Below, piece after piece: positions 1-9,207 of a stretch of 64,000 nucleotides of DNA. The stretch spans positions 16,838 through 80,837 of the forward strand of contig JAEZFK010000035.1 in the NCBI GenBank assembly GCA_023437715.1, read 5' to 3'. The first letter of the stretch is position 1. The number at the start of each line of letters is the position of its first letter. The stretch is from Bacillota bacterium (GTDB taxonomy: Bacteria > Bacillota > Clostridia > Lachnospirales > Lachnospiraceae). Both the position numbers and the translations under genes were made by a program. The notes beneath the pieces were generated by a model, which saw only the letters and a program-made list of their open reading frames with translations, did not search any database and was not told the origin of the DNA.

Positions 1-380
1 TTAAAGCAGTAGGCTACGGAATAGACAATGACGGAATGAGCAATAACGCCATCATTCTGGCAGGCCAGTTGGCGGACGCTTTAGAACAGGAACCATTCGA
101 TTCCAACGCTTACGGAAAGCTTATGGATAAATTTAAAACTACCAGCTCGGATGTTTTAAGTCAGGTAACGGAATTAGGAGTTAAAACACAATTTCTTAAC
201 ACTACCCAGGACCGTCTTGAGAATACAGACATTTCTCTCCAGGAACAGCTGCAAAAGACAGAAGGAATTGATATGGCAGAGGCGCTTACCGACTATTCAT
301 GGAATCAATACGCGTATAATGCGGCTTTAAAGGTAGGAACTAGTATTTTATCGGCATCTTTTATTGATTTCATGAAGTAA
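1..380 (+). CDS. flgL: Flagellar hook-associated protein 3, 3' part (5' end outside window)
   Basis: Flagellin-like C-terminus (EGIDMAEALTDYSWNQYAYNAALKVG...SFIDFMK) typical of FlgL; upstream of DUF6470-fliW-csrA. Confidence 0.9.
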   Translation, partial: KAVGYGIDNDGMSNNAIILAGQLADALEQEPFDSNAYGKLMDKFKTTSSDVLSQVTELGVKTQFLNTTQDRLENTDISLQEQLQKTEGIDMAEALTDYSWNQYAYNAALKVGTSILSASFIDFMK

Positions 381-401
381 TCCTAAACGGAGGTGATTTA
401 T

Positions 402-1010
402 ATGGAATCATTGCTTAAAATAACAACCATACCTATGGAATATGAATTAAAAATTCAAAATGCTAAATTAGAGTACAAAAATCCGCAACCCGCGTTGGAG
501 ATCAACAGAGATAAAGGTGAAATGTACATTAAAAGCCAACCCACAAAACTGCATATTGACAGTTATGATGCCCGCAATTCCGTTTGCCCTACTACGATGG
601 AGAGTATACGTCAATCTGCAGACAAAGGGAAGGCCACCGCAAGCGACATCACGGCAGCAACCGCAAAGGAGGGTGCACTATTGTTAAATCCTAATGTTTC
701 AAATCCCCTTGACCAGATCATCAGTCAACGGGCTCAAGCGCCTACCGGAGAGTTTGGCCTAAAATTTCTTCCCACCACCGGACCTGACATTGAATGGTCC
801 GATCCTGATTTAACCATGCAGTATCAGATGGATAAGCTGAACTTTGATTTAAAGGTTGCAAAGGGAGATTTTGAGTTCACTCCGGGTAATGTGGAATTGT
901 CAATCACCCAAATGCCCGATGTACAGATTGAATACATTGGGGGTCCTATTTATGTTCCGCCCAGCGCCGCTGATATGTTCAACCATACTTCGGTGGATGT
1001 ACGCGCATAA
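402..1010 (+). CDS. DUF6470/YviE-like flagellar-cluster protein
   Basis: Position between flgL and fliW; C-terminal FTPG...SITQMPDVQIEYIGGPIYVPPS; GGAGG RBS before ATG 402. Confidence 0.7.
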   Translation: MESLLKITTIPMEYELKIQNAKLEYKNPQPALEINRDKGEMYIKSQPTKLHIDSYDARNSVCPTTMESIRQSADKGKATASDITAATAKEGALLLNPNVSNPLDQIISQRAQAPTGEFGLKFLPTTGPDIEWSDPDLTMQYQMDKLNFDLKVAKGDFEFTPGNVELSITQMPDVQIEYIGGPIYVPPSAADMFNHTSVDVRA

Positions 1011-1031
1011 TCCAATACTTTGGAGGTATTC

Positions 1032-1478
1032 ATGGAAATTAAAACACAGTATTTTGGTACAATCTCCTGTTCGGAAGAAGAACTCATACACTTTTCCGAT
1101 GGGCTGTTTGGTTTTCCTCACTTAAAAGATTACGTTCCTCTGGCTTTTCAGGACAACAGCGATGCCCTGATCTGTCTTCAATCCGTCGAAGATTTTGACA
1201 TCTCATTTATTGTGATGAATCCGTTTCTTCTCTACGAGAACTATTCTCCGGAATTGCCCGGGGAGGATAAAAGGCTTTTAAACGCTTCCCCCAGGGAAGA
1301 CTCTATCTCCTATTATGTGATCTGTGTCATTCACGATTCCATGGATGACAGTACGGTTAATTTAAAATGTCCGATTGCCGTGAACACAGAAAACCGGGAA
1401 GCCCGGCAGGTGATTCTGGATAATCCTCTTTACAAATTCCGTCACCCGATTAAAGATTTTGTAAAAAAGGGGGATTAA
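1032..1478 (+). CDS. fliW: Flagellar assembly factor FliW (CsrA antagonist)
   Basis: TQYFG, FSDGLFGF, LQS, MNPF, TVNLKCPIAVN, QVIL motifs; next to csrA. Confidence 0.95.
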   Translation: MEIKTQYFGTISCSEEELIHFSDGLFGFPHLKDYVPLAFQDNSDALICLQSVEDFDISFIVMNPFLLYENYSPELPGEDKRLLNASPREDSISYYVICVIHDSMDDSTVNLKCPIAVNTENREARQVILDNPLYKFRHPIKDFVKKGD

Positions 1479-1479
1479 T

Positions 1480-1731
1480 ATGCTTATTCTTCAACGAAAA
1501 AAGGAACAGTCGCTTACGATTGGAGATAATATCTGCATAACTGTCATTGATATTGGAAATGACTGGGTGAAATTGGCCATTGATGCGCCAAGAGATGTCT
1601 CCATTCTGCGTACTGAGTTAATCGAAGCAGCATCAGCAAATCAGGAGGCCGTTTCCGTCACCTTAAATGTCGGTTCGATTTCCAGAATCAGTGATCTGAT
1701 CAATGAACATAAAAACAGCGGAGATACCTGA
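1480..1731 (+). CDS. csrA: Carbon storage regulator CsrA
   Basis: MLILQRK...IG...VKLAIDAPRDVSILRTE. Confidence 0.95.
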   Translation: MLILQRKKEQSLTIGDNICITVIDIGNDWVKLAIDAPRDVSILRTELIEAASANQEAVSVTLNVGSISRISDLINEHKNSGDT

Positions 1732-1733
1732 GT

Positions 1734-3149
1734 TTACTTTGGTATCTTCGCTGTTTCTTCTTCACTTGAATTTTCCTTATGTAATTTTTCTCTTTGCAAT
1801 CCTTTCTCTTTTTGTAATTCGTCCTTTTGTGATTCCTCTTTATATATATCCTCATCAGGGGCTTCTTCTTTAAACAGTTCTTTCCGTAGCTCTTCCCTGA
1901 CTGATTCTTCCTCTTGAAATGCTTTCCAGTTCCGGATCCTTTTTACCAGAAACTTCCCAACTGCTTTCTGTTGTGCTCCCGTCGCTTTTTGGACTGCTTT
2001 CCTCCAGGCTTCCACTGCCTTTCGAATCACTTTCTCTTCTATTCCCTTATAAACAAACCTTACTCCATACCGTCCAAGGCGCATAGCCCAGAAAGCCGGC
2101 AGCAGAAATTCTTTTGTTTCCAATATCGGATAAATGGTTTCCATATATTCTTCATCAGGAAACAGCCATCTGATTATCTTTCTTAAATTCTCGGCTTTCC
2201 TGTCTCTGTCATAACAATCGGCAACCGTCTTGATCAAAGGGAGAAATTGAGAACTGATCTCCCGCCCCTCTGTTCCTTTGGTAAGGATATAAGATTCCAT
2301 GGCATCATAAACTTCTACATTTTCAATCCCTGCGCCAGGTCCAAACCATCGGAGGGTAAGGTATTCCAACCGCTCTGCGAATTCCGCAATCTTAAACTTT
2401 TCTAATTTTTCATAAATATAAGGCCATGAAAATAACTGGGCATTCTTTTTATAAAACACCCAGAAATCGACGATCTGATTCAAACTGATATCTCCTCTGG
2501 CATAGCAATCTGTCAGACGGCACATAAGAAACAGATATTTGTCATCCGGGGACATTTCCCGGACATATCGAAAGCCTTTCCTGTTGGGTAAGGCTTTCAG
2601 CAGGCTTCTATAATATTTACGCATGAGTTTACTAAAAAACATGCTCTGATCGTAATGTAAAACTCGTATTCCCGGAATACGGTAGTATAAATGTCCGCGC
2701 TCTTCCGTTTGACGCTCTTCAAAATCCACACTCTTAAGAGTTTCTTTAATGGAGCGTTCCTGCTTTTTAGCTGCGCCTATCTCTATGGATTCACAACAGC
2801 ACATCTCTTCAATGGGATAACATCTGACAATATCATGATAATTCATGATAAAGCAGTTAATCCCCTTTATTTCCATAAGCGCACGCACCTGCTTCTCGCC
2901 TTCCCGCAGACGCTCCGGCCGGTAAACCGCTTCCAGATATTTATCAAAAAAGCGCTGTCTCACGTTCTGCGGAATATTTCCAGGTAGTCCCATGATCCCA
3001 TAATAAACCACATGGGCTATATGATGATAATCAGCCAGACGGAACATCTTCTCCCAGCTCAGCTGGCGCATTGGCTCCGGCGGCGCTTTCTGATTCATTA
3101 CTGCTGACAATAATGTTATCAAATACCGCTCTTCATATCCTTTACTCAT
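1734..3149 (-). CDS. Nucleotidyltransferase-family protein (NTP_transf_5-like), catalytic motifs degenerate, charged C-tail
   Basis: WEKMFRLADYHHI N-terminus, YP motif, LNQIVDFW and YPIL...LLPAFW..RL C-terminal pattern of this family. Confidence 0.6.
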   Translation of the reverse strand: MSKGYEERYLITLLSAVMNQKAPPEPMRQLSWEKMFRLADYHHIAHVVYYGIMGLPGNIPQNVRQRFFDKYLEAVYRPERLREGEKQVRALMEIKGINCFIMNYHDIVRCYPIEEMCCCESIEIGAAKKQERSIKETLKSVDFEERQTEERGHLYYRIPGIRVLHYDQSMFFSKLMRKYYRSLLKALPNRKGFRYVREMSPDDKYLFLMCRLTDCYARGDISLNQIVDFWVFYKKNAQLFSWPYIYEKLEKFKIAEFAERLEYLTLRWFGPGAGIENVEVYDAMESYILTKGTEGREISSQFLPLIKTVADCYDRDRKAENLRKIIRWLFPDEEYMETIYPILETKEFLLPAFWAMRLGRYGVRFVYKGIEEKVIRKAVEAWRKAVQKATGAQQKAVGKFLVKRIRNWKAFQEEESVREELRKELFKEEAPDEDIYKEESQKDELQKEKGLQREKLHKENSSEEETAKIPK

Positions 3150-3170
3150 TCATTTTCCATCCTTAAGCAA

Positions 3171-3192
3171 CCGGCGGTAGATGTACCGCCGG
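3171..3192 (-). terminator. 9-bp GC hairpin after the fliD-like gene
   Basis: CCGGCGGTA-gatg-TACCGCCGG; weak U tract, may be a stability hairpin. Confidence 0.45.
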
Positions 3193-3218
3193 CAAATCAC
3201 ATCAAAATGATCATATCA

Positions 3219-4535
3219 TCATACCAGATAATTAATCATAAGCCCCAAAGCATTATAATTGCTCATATTATAAGCTCCTGTTTGGGAATATACGTTCATA
3301 AAGTTATAGGAATCATTGAGCAGATTCTTCTGCATATCTTCCAAATCATTACCGATCAGGCCATAAGCGTTGGCTTTCATTGCCTCAGAAGCTACCTGAA
3401 AGCCTTTCTGGCCAATGCCATTGCTGCCTGACAGAAGTTCTTTCGTCAAATCCGGGGACTTCTTCAAGTTCTTCTTTAAGGTCTCCTCATCGAGCACCAG
3501 AGACCCGTCTTCCTTTGTAGTAATTCCCAGCTGCTCCAATGATTGCTTCGATGCCAGCCGGCCCGTCAGAGCCTCCAGCTGCTTCGGAACAGAGGCTCCC
3601 CGGTCTGTGTTATCCTGAAGAAGATCCAAAGCCTTGTTATAATTCTTTGTGAAGTCTTTCACAGCTGAGACAATCTTTTCGTCACTGACCTGAGAGGATA
3701 TGGTTGCTTTTCCCGTGTCATGAAACGTAATCCCGATTCTTCCATTATCAATAGCAGCCTCATTTACAGAGGATTCCCTGGTGGTCGTAACGCCTTTATC
3801 TGTAACGGAATAAATAGCGTTCTGAGCGGCTTTTGTTACCCTTTCCAGGCTATCGGCCACGCCGGTATCACCGGATACCTGGAAGCCGCTATTTTTACCG
3901 GTTTTTACGCTTTCCAGGCGGAGGGAGCTTGCCCCGTCTTTTTCTTCCACATAAGCTTTCACGTCAACATCTGATTGGCTGTTGATCTGGGCTGCGGCTT
4001 CTTTCAGCATCAGGTCATTGGTTTTTGAGGCTCCGTCTTCCCTGTACTGGCTGACTTTAACCTCAACAGACTTCCCCTGACTGTTGGATATGGAAAATGA
4101 CATATCCGCCCCAGCCTGAGCAGAGCTTGTAACCGGATCACTGGTATTGACCTGAGCAGATGCCAGCTGAGTCACCTGCAGATCAATCTCTTTGCTGCTG
4201 CGGGCCTTATAACGCTCTGAAGCCTCTGCAACGGAATCATCTGAGCTCTTTACCTCCAGGTCATTCACAACCCCTGTCCGGTTGCTCTGCCTCAGCGCAT
4301 TGGAACTTTGCACCAAATCCGCCATAGTTGAGCTGTAGCTTTTTAAAAAGCTCATACTGGAACTTCCATCCGTTGTCTCCACCCGGTTTAAACGGCTGAC
4401 ACGGCTGACAGGCTGTACCGCCTGCTGGTTTTCTATGTACCTGGACTGTATATTCCTGGCAGCCTTAAGCTGACTTAAGGAAAGCTGATAACGATAATAC
4501 GAATTGCCGGTTGAACCGACTCCTCCGATTGCCAT
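3219..4535 (-). CDS. FliD-like filament cap paralog (short, atypical termini)
   Basis: LQVTQLASAQVNTS, VKDFTKNYN and LGIT...DGSLVLDEETLKK resemble FliD core. Confidence 0.7.
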   Translation of the reverse strand: MAIGGVGSTGNSYYRYQLSLSQLKAARNIQSRYIENQQAVQPVSRVSRLNRVETTDGSSSMSFLKSYSSTMADLVQSSNALRQSNRTGVVNDLEVKSSDDSVAEASERYKARSSKEIDLQVTQLASAQVNTSDPVTSSAQAGADMSFSISNSQGKSVEVKVSQYREDGASKTNDLMLKEAAAQINSQSDVDVKAYVEEKDGASSLRLESVKTGKNSGFQVSGDTGVADSLERVTKAAQNAIYSVTDKGVTTTRESSVNEAAIDNGRIGITFHDTGKATISSQVSDEKIVSAVKDFTKNYNKALDLLQDNTDRGASVPKQLEALTGRLASKQSLEQLGITTKEDGSLVLDEETLKKNLKKSPDLTKELLSGSNGIGQKGFQVASEAMKANAYGLIGNDLEDMQKNLLNDSYNFMNVYSQTGAYNMSNYNALGLMINYLV

Positions 4536-4594
4536 AACTTTTTCCCCCTTTCTGGTGTGGTAAAAAGCATCGTCTTTAACTTTCTCTATATTTA

Positions 4595-4622
4595 TATATC
4601 GGTTTTTTTATAAAAATCTTAA
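4595..4622 (-). promoter_or_regulatory. Putative sigma-28 (SigD/FliA) promoter of the fliD-like gene
   Basis: Minus strand TTAA-N16-CCGATATA, close to the TAAA-N16-CCGATAT consensus. Confidence 0.65.
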
Positions 4623-4685
4623 CTTTAGTGGAAATATGTACGATAAATATTGTAGACATAAAATGAAATTTTTCGCATAGAAAAG

Positions 4686-5441
4686 GTGAGTAAAGTGAAC
4701 AGCATTTCCATTATTATTTTTAAAACTCTGTTCTTGGCTGCTGCCCCCTTTGCCATGACTTCTTCTTTTAATTCCCCAATGGAAAGAGGAGCCACGGCTG
4801 TTTCCTATGTTACCGCAGCGGTCGGAATGCCCTCCACAGCAGCTGAAATACCTTCAGAAACAGCTGATGCCCCTCAGGATGGCATATACGACATCATGCT
4901 TGACAGTGTATGCGGTCCTCTGACCTATTACAATCAGTCTGATGCCAGATGGGGCAATTATCTTTATGGGGGAATGGATCCTCTTTCTACTTACGGCTGT
5001 GGTCCCACGGTCATGGCCATGCTGATTACCAGCTTTACCGGCAATCAGATTCTTCCTACAGAAGTCGCCGACTGGGCCGCCTCCAATGGGAGCTGGTGTC
5101 CCAGAGAAGGCTCCTATCACCGGATTATTATGGACAGTGCACTGGCTTATGGATTAAGGGCCGCACCGCTTAAAGATTATACGTTTCAGGGAATTCAGAA
5201 TGCGTTGAACTCGGGATACCTGGTAGTCGCTCTGATGAACAGGGGGCATTTTACCCAGCAAGGTCATTTTATTATCATAACAAAGGTTACAGAAGACGGC
5301 GAGCTGAGGCTTGCGGACTCCAATAACTATGACAATACAAAGTATGACTGGGATCCTTCCATTATCCTCCAGGAGTTAAATCACCGGGCTTCAAACGGAG
5401 GTCCTCTGTGGATGATTGCTCCTCCTATTTCCTCTCAATAA
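4686..5441 (+). CDS. Secreted/membrane C39-like (papain-fold) peptidase
   Basis: Hydrophobic N-terminus; YYNQSDARW, GCGPT (Cys), GHFII (His), ADS (Asp). Confidence 0.8.
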   Translation: MSKVNSISIIIFKTLFLAAAPFAMTSSFNSPMERGATAVSYVTAAVGMPSTAAEIPSETADAPQDGIYDIMLDSVCGPLTYYNQSDARWGNYLYGGMDPLSTYGCGPTVMAMLITSFTGNQILPTEVADWAASNGSWCPREGSYHRIIMDSALAYGLRAAPLKDYTFQGIQNALNSGYLVVALMNRGHFTQQGHFIIITKVTEDGELRLADSNNYDNTKYDWDPSIILQELNHRASNGGPLWMIAPPISSQ

Positions 5442-5453
5442 GCAGCCGGACAA

Positions 5454-5849
5454 TTATTTATAAAAGGAATCCTTTCCTGCAAGGCGTGTGCTGATATGAC
5501 GGTCTATCTCTATGGTCCGTTTCAGAATAAGCCCAAGGCTGTTTCCTTTTTCCATAAGCTTTCCAACCAGGGGATTGTCCGCATTTTGCGGCTCCCCTCC
5601 TTTCATCCACTCCCTTACCTGATTTCCTTCCTCAGGCGGCAGGGCCGATATCAGACAATGAAGATTTCTGTTGCAAACCTCTGTTTTATCCATTTCTTCC
5701 TGGCGCATACCCAAAAGGATCTGGACGGAGGTTCTGTCATTCCGTGACAGAGAATCTCCCATTTCCCGGGTTATGCGCTCAATTTCTACGATACATTGAT
5801 ATTTCTTCTGCATTTCTTTCAGAATCTCAATCAACATTGGATCTTCCAT
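5454..5849 (-). CDS. Helical FlgN/FliT-like flagellar chaperone candidate
   Basis: Small all-helical protein directly downstream of fliD-fliS; RBS before ATG 5849. Confidence 0.5.
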   Translation of the reverse strand: MEDPMLIEILKEMQKKYQCIVEIERITREMGDSLSRNDRTSVQILLGMRQEEMDKTEVCNRNLHCLISALPPEEGNQVREWMKGGEPQNADNPLVGKLMEKGNSLGLILKRTIEIDRHISTRLAGKDSFYK

Positions 5850-5924
5850 ATCTGTACCTCCCGATATACTCACTTTCATAATCTGAAAATGGCTGGAGAG
5901 AATATCTACCCTCCAGCCTTATTT

Positions 5925-6293
5925 TTAGCTGCTTAATCGCTGCGCCTCACGAAAAGCGTCTCTGAGTTCTATAATCAAAGGTCTGACCTCTGCTATGACC
6001 TCCGCTTTTCTTCCGGCCTTGATCCGGCTGAATTCATACAGAAAAAAATCATACATCCGTTTTAATTCGGCACTGATCTCATATTCATAATTCAAAGTAT
6101 TTTTTAAATAAACGACGATTTCTGTGGACCGCTGCACGGACTGATCAAAAAGCGCATAGTCCTTTTTTTCCAGAGCAAGCTCCGCTCTGGTCAACCGCTT
6201 TAATAGCTCATCATAGAGAAGATTAAGCATCTCTCCAGGGGTCATCGTATTAATCGTCTGTTCTTTATAATGCTGATATCCGTATGAAGCCAT
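5925..6293 (-). CDS. fliS: Flagellin export chaperone FliS
   Basis: YKEQTINTMTPGEMLNLLYD, L..TLN, L.RMYDF; follows fliD. Confidence 0.95.
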   Translation of the reverse strand: MASYGYQHYKEQTINTMTPGEMLNLLYDELLKRLTRAELALEKKDYALFDQSVQRSTEIVVYLKNTLNYEYEISAELKRMYDFFLYEFSRIKAGRKAEVIAEVRPLIIELRDAFREAQRLSS

Positions 6294-6311
6294 CGTTTAC
6301 CTCACCATTCC

Positions 6312-9065
6312 TTACGAGCTTAGAGAGCTAAGATAACTGCTCTGGGAATTCATCTGTGATATTAAAGTTTCCAAATTGGTAAATTGTGAAATGTATCGGT
6401 CTGTTTCAGTAGACAGCTTATCCTGAAGAGTTTTTATGTAATCATCAAGGCTGTCCATGGATTTTTGAAGGCTGTTGGAAAGGATACTGGTGGGCGAATA
6501 CGTGGAACCGGCTTTTTCAATCAGTATACCTTTTACAGCGCCGCTGGTGGAGGCATACTTGTCCGTGACCGCTTTCATTTTGGCCATAATCCCATCGCTT
6601 TCTCCTGTCGCGCTGTTTGAAGTCCTGGTAAATACCTTTTTCAAGGTTTCCGGATCCGCTTCAAGAGCAGCCCGGAATTTCGACTCATCAAATACAAGCT
6701 TTCCATTGTCTCCATAACTGCTACTTATTGTGATTCCATAAGATTCCAGAGTCTTTTTATCTGCCGAGCCACTGTTTATAATGAAACGCAGGCTGTCGGA
6801 AAGAGTTCTCAAATCACTGTCGTTGAAAAGAAGACCTGTCTTTGCTTTGTCCTCCCAAGCCTTAATCTGACTTTCTGTCATATCTGCTTTCTGCTCATCC
6901 GTCAACGGAGCATAATCTCGGTTTGGCTTAGTGGTCAGCTGGCTGTTGACAAGATCAACAATGGAATTATAATCCTTGATCATATCCGATACGGCAGACG
7001 TAATCTTGTCGGTATTCAACTTGGAGGTAAAGGTTACGGGTTCAGTATTTGGAAGTTTGCTGTTGGCATCCAGGATGAGTTTTCCATCAGTATCATAGCT
7101 AAAGGTTCCAAAGGTTCCGTTTGCAGTTATAGTCATCCCATCCAGACTGAAAGTATTGCTTCCGCGGGTCAGTTCAATCACATCATCGGAGCCTGCATAT
7201 TTTACTGCCACAACAGCATCTGTACCTTGGGAAACATTATTTATGTCTGATCCAAAGAGCAGACCGGCATCACCTGTACTTGAATTTTCATCTTCAGGAT
7301 CAAGCTTAAAGGATATCTTTCCTGCCGCCCCCCCCTCGGTCGAAACAATTGAAAATTTATCAACGGCCGACATATAACTCATGGTAACGCGGGCATCTGA
7401 GGAATTAACAGCAGAAATAATTTGGCTTAAACTGCTGTTATAAGTAAGACCCTTTATATCTGTACCATTGATTTTCAGCTTCATCTCCTGATTTGAGTAT
7501 TTTTCCATGGCAGACTGCAGGCCATCATCGGAAGACCCAACCGTTGTGTGTCCGCCGCCTTCAGTTGACCCATAGTAGTCAAGAGCCTTATTTATGCTTT
7601 CCAAATCCCCATCTGACATATGGGGATTGTTCTCCTTAATAAGATTTTTTAAATCTTCAATTGTAGTACTGCCCTGTACCTTTTCTCCAAGGGCTTTTAC
7701 GGCGATCAGAACCTTATTGGTACCTTCCAGATATTCGGGAAGCTTGCCTGTAATGTCCTTTAAGCCGGATTCAGCCAATGACGCGGATAAATTTAAGCGG
7801 TTGGACTCCCCATAGGCCACGTTCAAGGCTCCGTCTTTTCCCAGTAAATCTGCACTGCCGGAAGATATGGACAGGACAGATGAATTGTCAGGTGATCCCC
7901 CAGGAAGTGTGGTATGAAATTCCAGATGACTTCCCTCAATGCTTACTGCAATTCTTCCGGTTCCAAACGCCTTGTCAAGCTTCTCCTGCAGATCTTTCTT
8001 TACTACATTCAGAGCATCGTCATTGCTTGCATTTGCATTCAATTGTAATTTTAAAGATTCTGAATCCATAAATGAAATTGATTTTCCTGTCCCATTATAT
8101 GTAAAAGTAATACTTTTTCCGCCAATTCGGTCGAAAAAATCTTTCTTCTTAAAAAACGACTGCTGCTGGTTATCGTTCTGAATACCGTCCTGCTTAATCT
8201 CTTTATCAGCATCTGACACTTCACTGATATCATTTTGGTTTTCTCCCAAAATACCCAGAGCCTTAAGAACGTCAGTACTTCCCCCGGTGATCAGAAGTGA
8301 ATTACCCCCTTCCCCGTTAAAGGATAGGTTAAGACTGAATCCTTTTGAGTTGGGTCCGTCATCATCCGCTTTTTCTTCCGTCGTTACCGTAAGCACATCG
8401 CCCAGGGTCTTTCCATTTCCAATGGATACCTGCTTAAGGGCTTTCTGGAAAGATTCCTCGGCCTTTTCCGCGGTTGAATAATCATAATCCGGACCGTTGC
8501 CCAGATTAACATTTAACGCAGTTCCTCCGTATTTAAAGGTAAGACTCTGCCCTTCTAGCCTGCTGACCGATTCTGTATCAAGCTTGATGTTGCCATCCTC
8601 GTCCTTACCCATTATATTTATGTCTCCCGTGCTTAAAACACGGTCCGATACCGTACTGCTCGAACTCATGGTGGCCGCCTTTGCCAGCGACTTCACTCCG
8701 ACAACCGAGACGGAATTCGTAAGCGAAGAACTGCCCGACACGCTTACATACTGGCTGTTGGCCCCTGAAGCCGAAACGCTGCCGGAGGTCCAGAAGCTGG
8801 CGCTCGACAGGTTTGTCGAACTGGTATAAGACATATACTTTTGTGCGAATTCAACTAACGGCGAGCTGATGGAACGGTAAGCCTCCTGCTGCCATGTATA
8901 TGTCTGCTTTTTCTGCTGCTGCTTTGCGATCTTCGACCTGGTAGCAGCAGTCATGCTTTCGATTAAGCTGTCTCTATCCAATCCACTGGCAAGACCGCCA
9001 TAACCTCTTATGGAGGACGCAGATGAAGAAGTGCCTATATTCGTACTACTGGATAATGATGCCAT
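6312..9065 (-). CDS. fliD: Flagellar filament cap protein FliD (917 aa)
   Basis: GGLASGLD N-terminus; YAPLTDEQKADM...WEDKAKTGLL; C-terminal RYISQFTNLETLISQMNSQSSYL. Confidence 0.95.
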   Translation of the reverse strand: MASLSSSTNIGTSSSASSIRGYGGLASGLDRDSLIESMTAATRSKIAKQQQKKQTYTWQQEAYRSISSPLVEFAQKYMSYTSSTNLSSASFWTSGSVSASGANSQYVSVSGSSSLTNSVSVVGVKSLAKAATMSSSSTVSDRVLSTGDINIMGKDEDGNIKLDTESVSRLEGQSLTFKYGGTALNVNLGNGPDYDYSTAEKAEESFQKALKQVSIGNGKTLGDVLTVTTEEKADDDGPNSKGFSLNLSFNGEGGNSLLITGGSTDVLKALGILGENQNDISEVSDADKEIKQDGIQNDNQQQSFFKKKDFFDRIGGKSITFTYNGTGKSISFMDSESLKLQLNANASNDDALNVVKKDLQEKLDKAFGTGRIAVSIEGSHLEFHTTLPGGSPDNSSVLSISSGSADLLGKDGALNVAYGESNRLNLSASLAESGLKDITGKLPEYLEGTNKVLIAVKALGEKVQGSTTIEDLKNLIKENNPHMSDGDLESINKALDYYGSTEGGGHTTVGSSDDGLQSAMEKYSNQEMKLKINGTDIKGLTYNSSLSQIISAVNSSDARVTMSYMSAVDKFSIVSTEGGAAGKISFKLDPEDENSSTGDAGLLFGSDINNVSQGTDAVVAVKYAGSDDVIELTRGSNTFSLDGMTITANGTFGTFSYDTDGKLILDANSKLPNTEPVTFTSKLNTDKITSAVSDMIKDYNSIVDLVNSQLTTKPNRDYAPLTDEQKADMTESQIKAWEDKAKTGLLFNDSDLRTLSDSLRFIINSGSADKKTLESYGITISSSYGDNGKLVFDESKFRAALEADPETLKKVFTRTSNSATGESDGIMAKMKAVTDKYASTSGAVKGILIEKAGSTYSPTSILSNSLQKSMDSLDDYIKTLQDKLSTETDRYISQFTNLETLISQMNSQSSYLSSLSS

Positions 9066-9128
9066 ATGAAAACTCCTTTCTAAAATGCAAACATCCTAAA
9101 TTTCATCAAAAATCGGATTTTTTCTTGT

Positions 9129-9151
9129 TTTCTCTATACTTATTTATCGAC
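9129..9151 (-). promoter_or_regulatory. Putative sigma-28 -10 element of fliD
   Basis: Minus strand GTCGATAA followed by the same downstream sequence as at the fliD-like promoter; -35 weak. Confidence 0.5.
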
Positions 9152-9207
9152 ATATTGTATACTAAAGATAATAGTATTATCTCAATTTATGAATGGAGGA
9201 ATCGAAC

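Noticed and set aside
1734..5441. RiPP (lasso peptide/bacteriocin) cluster from nucleotidyltransferase plus C39-like peptidase
   Set aside because: No precursor, cyclase, RRE or ABC transporter; the genes are not co-oriented
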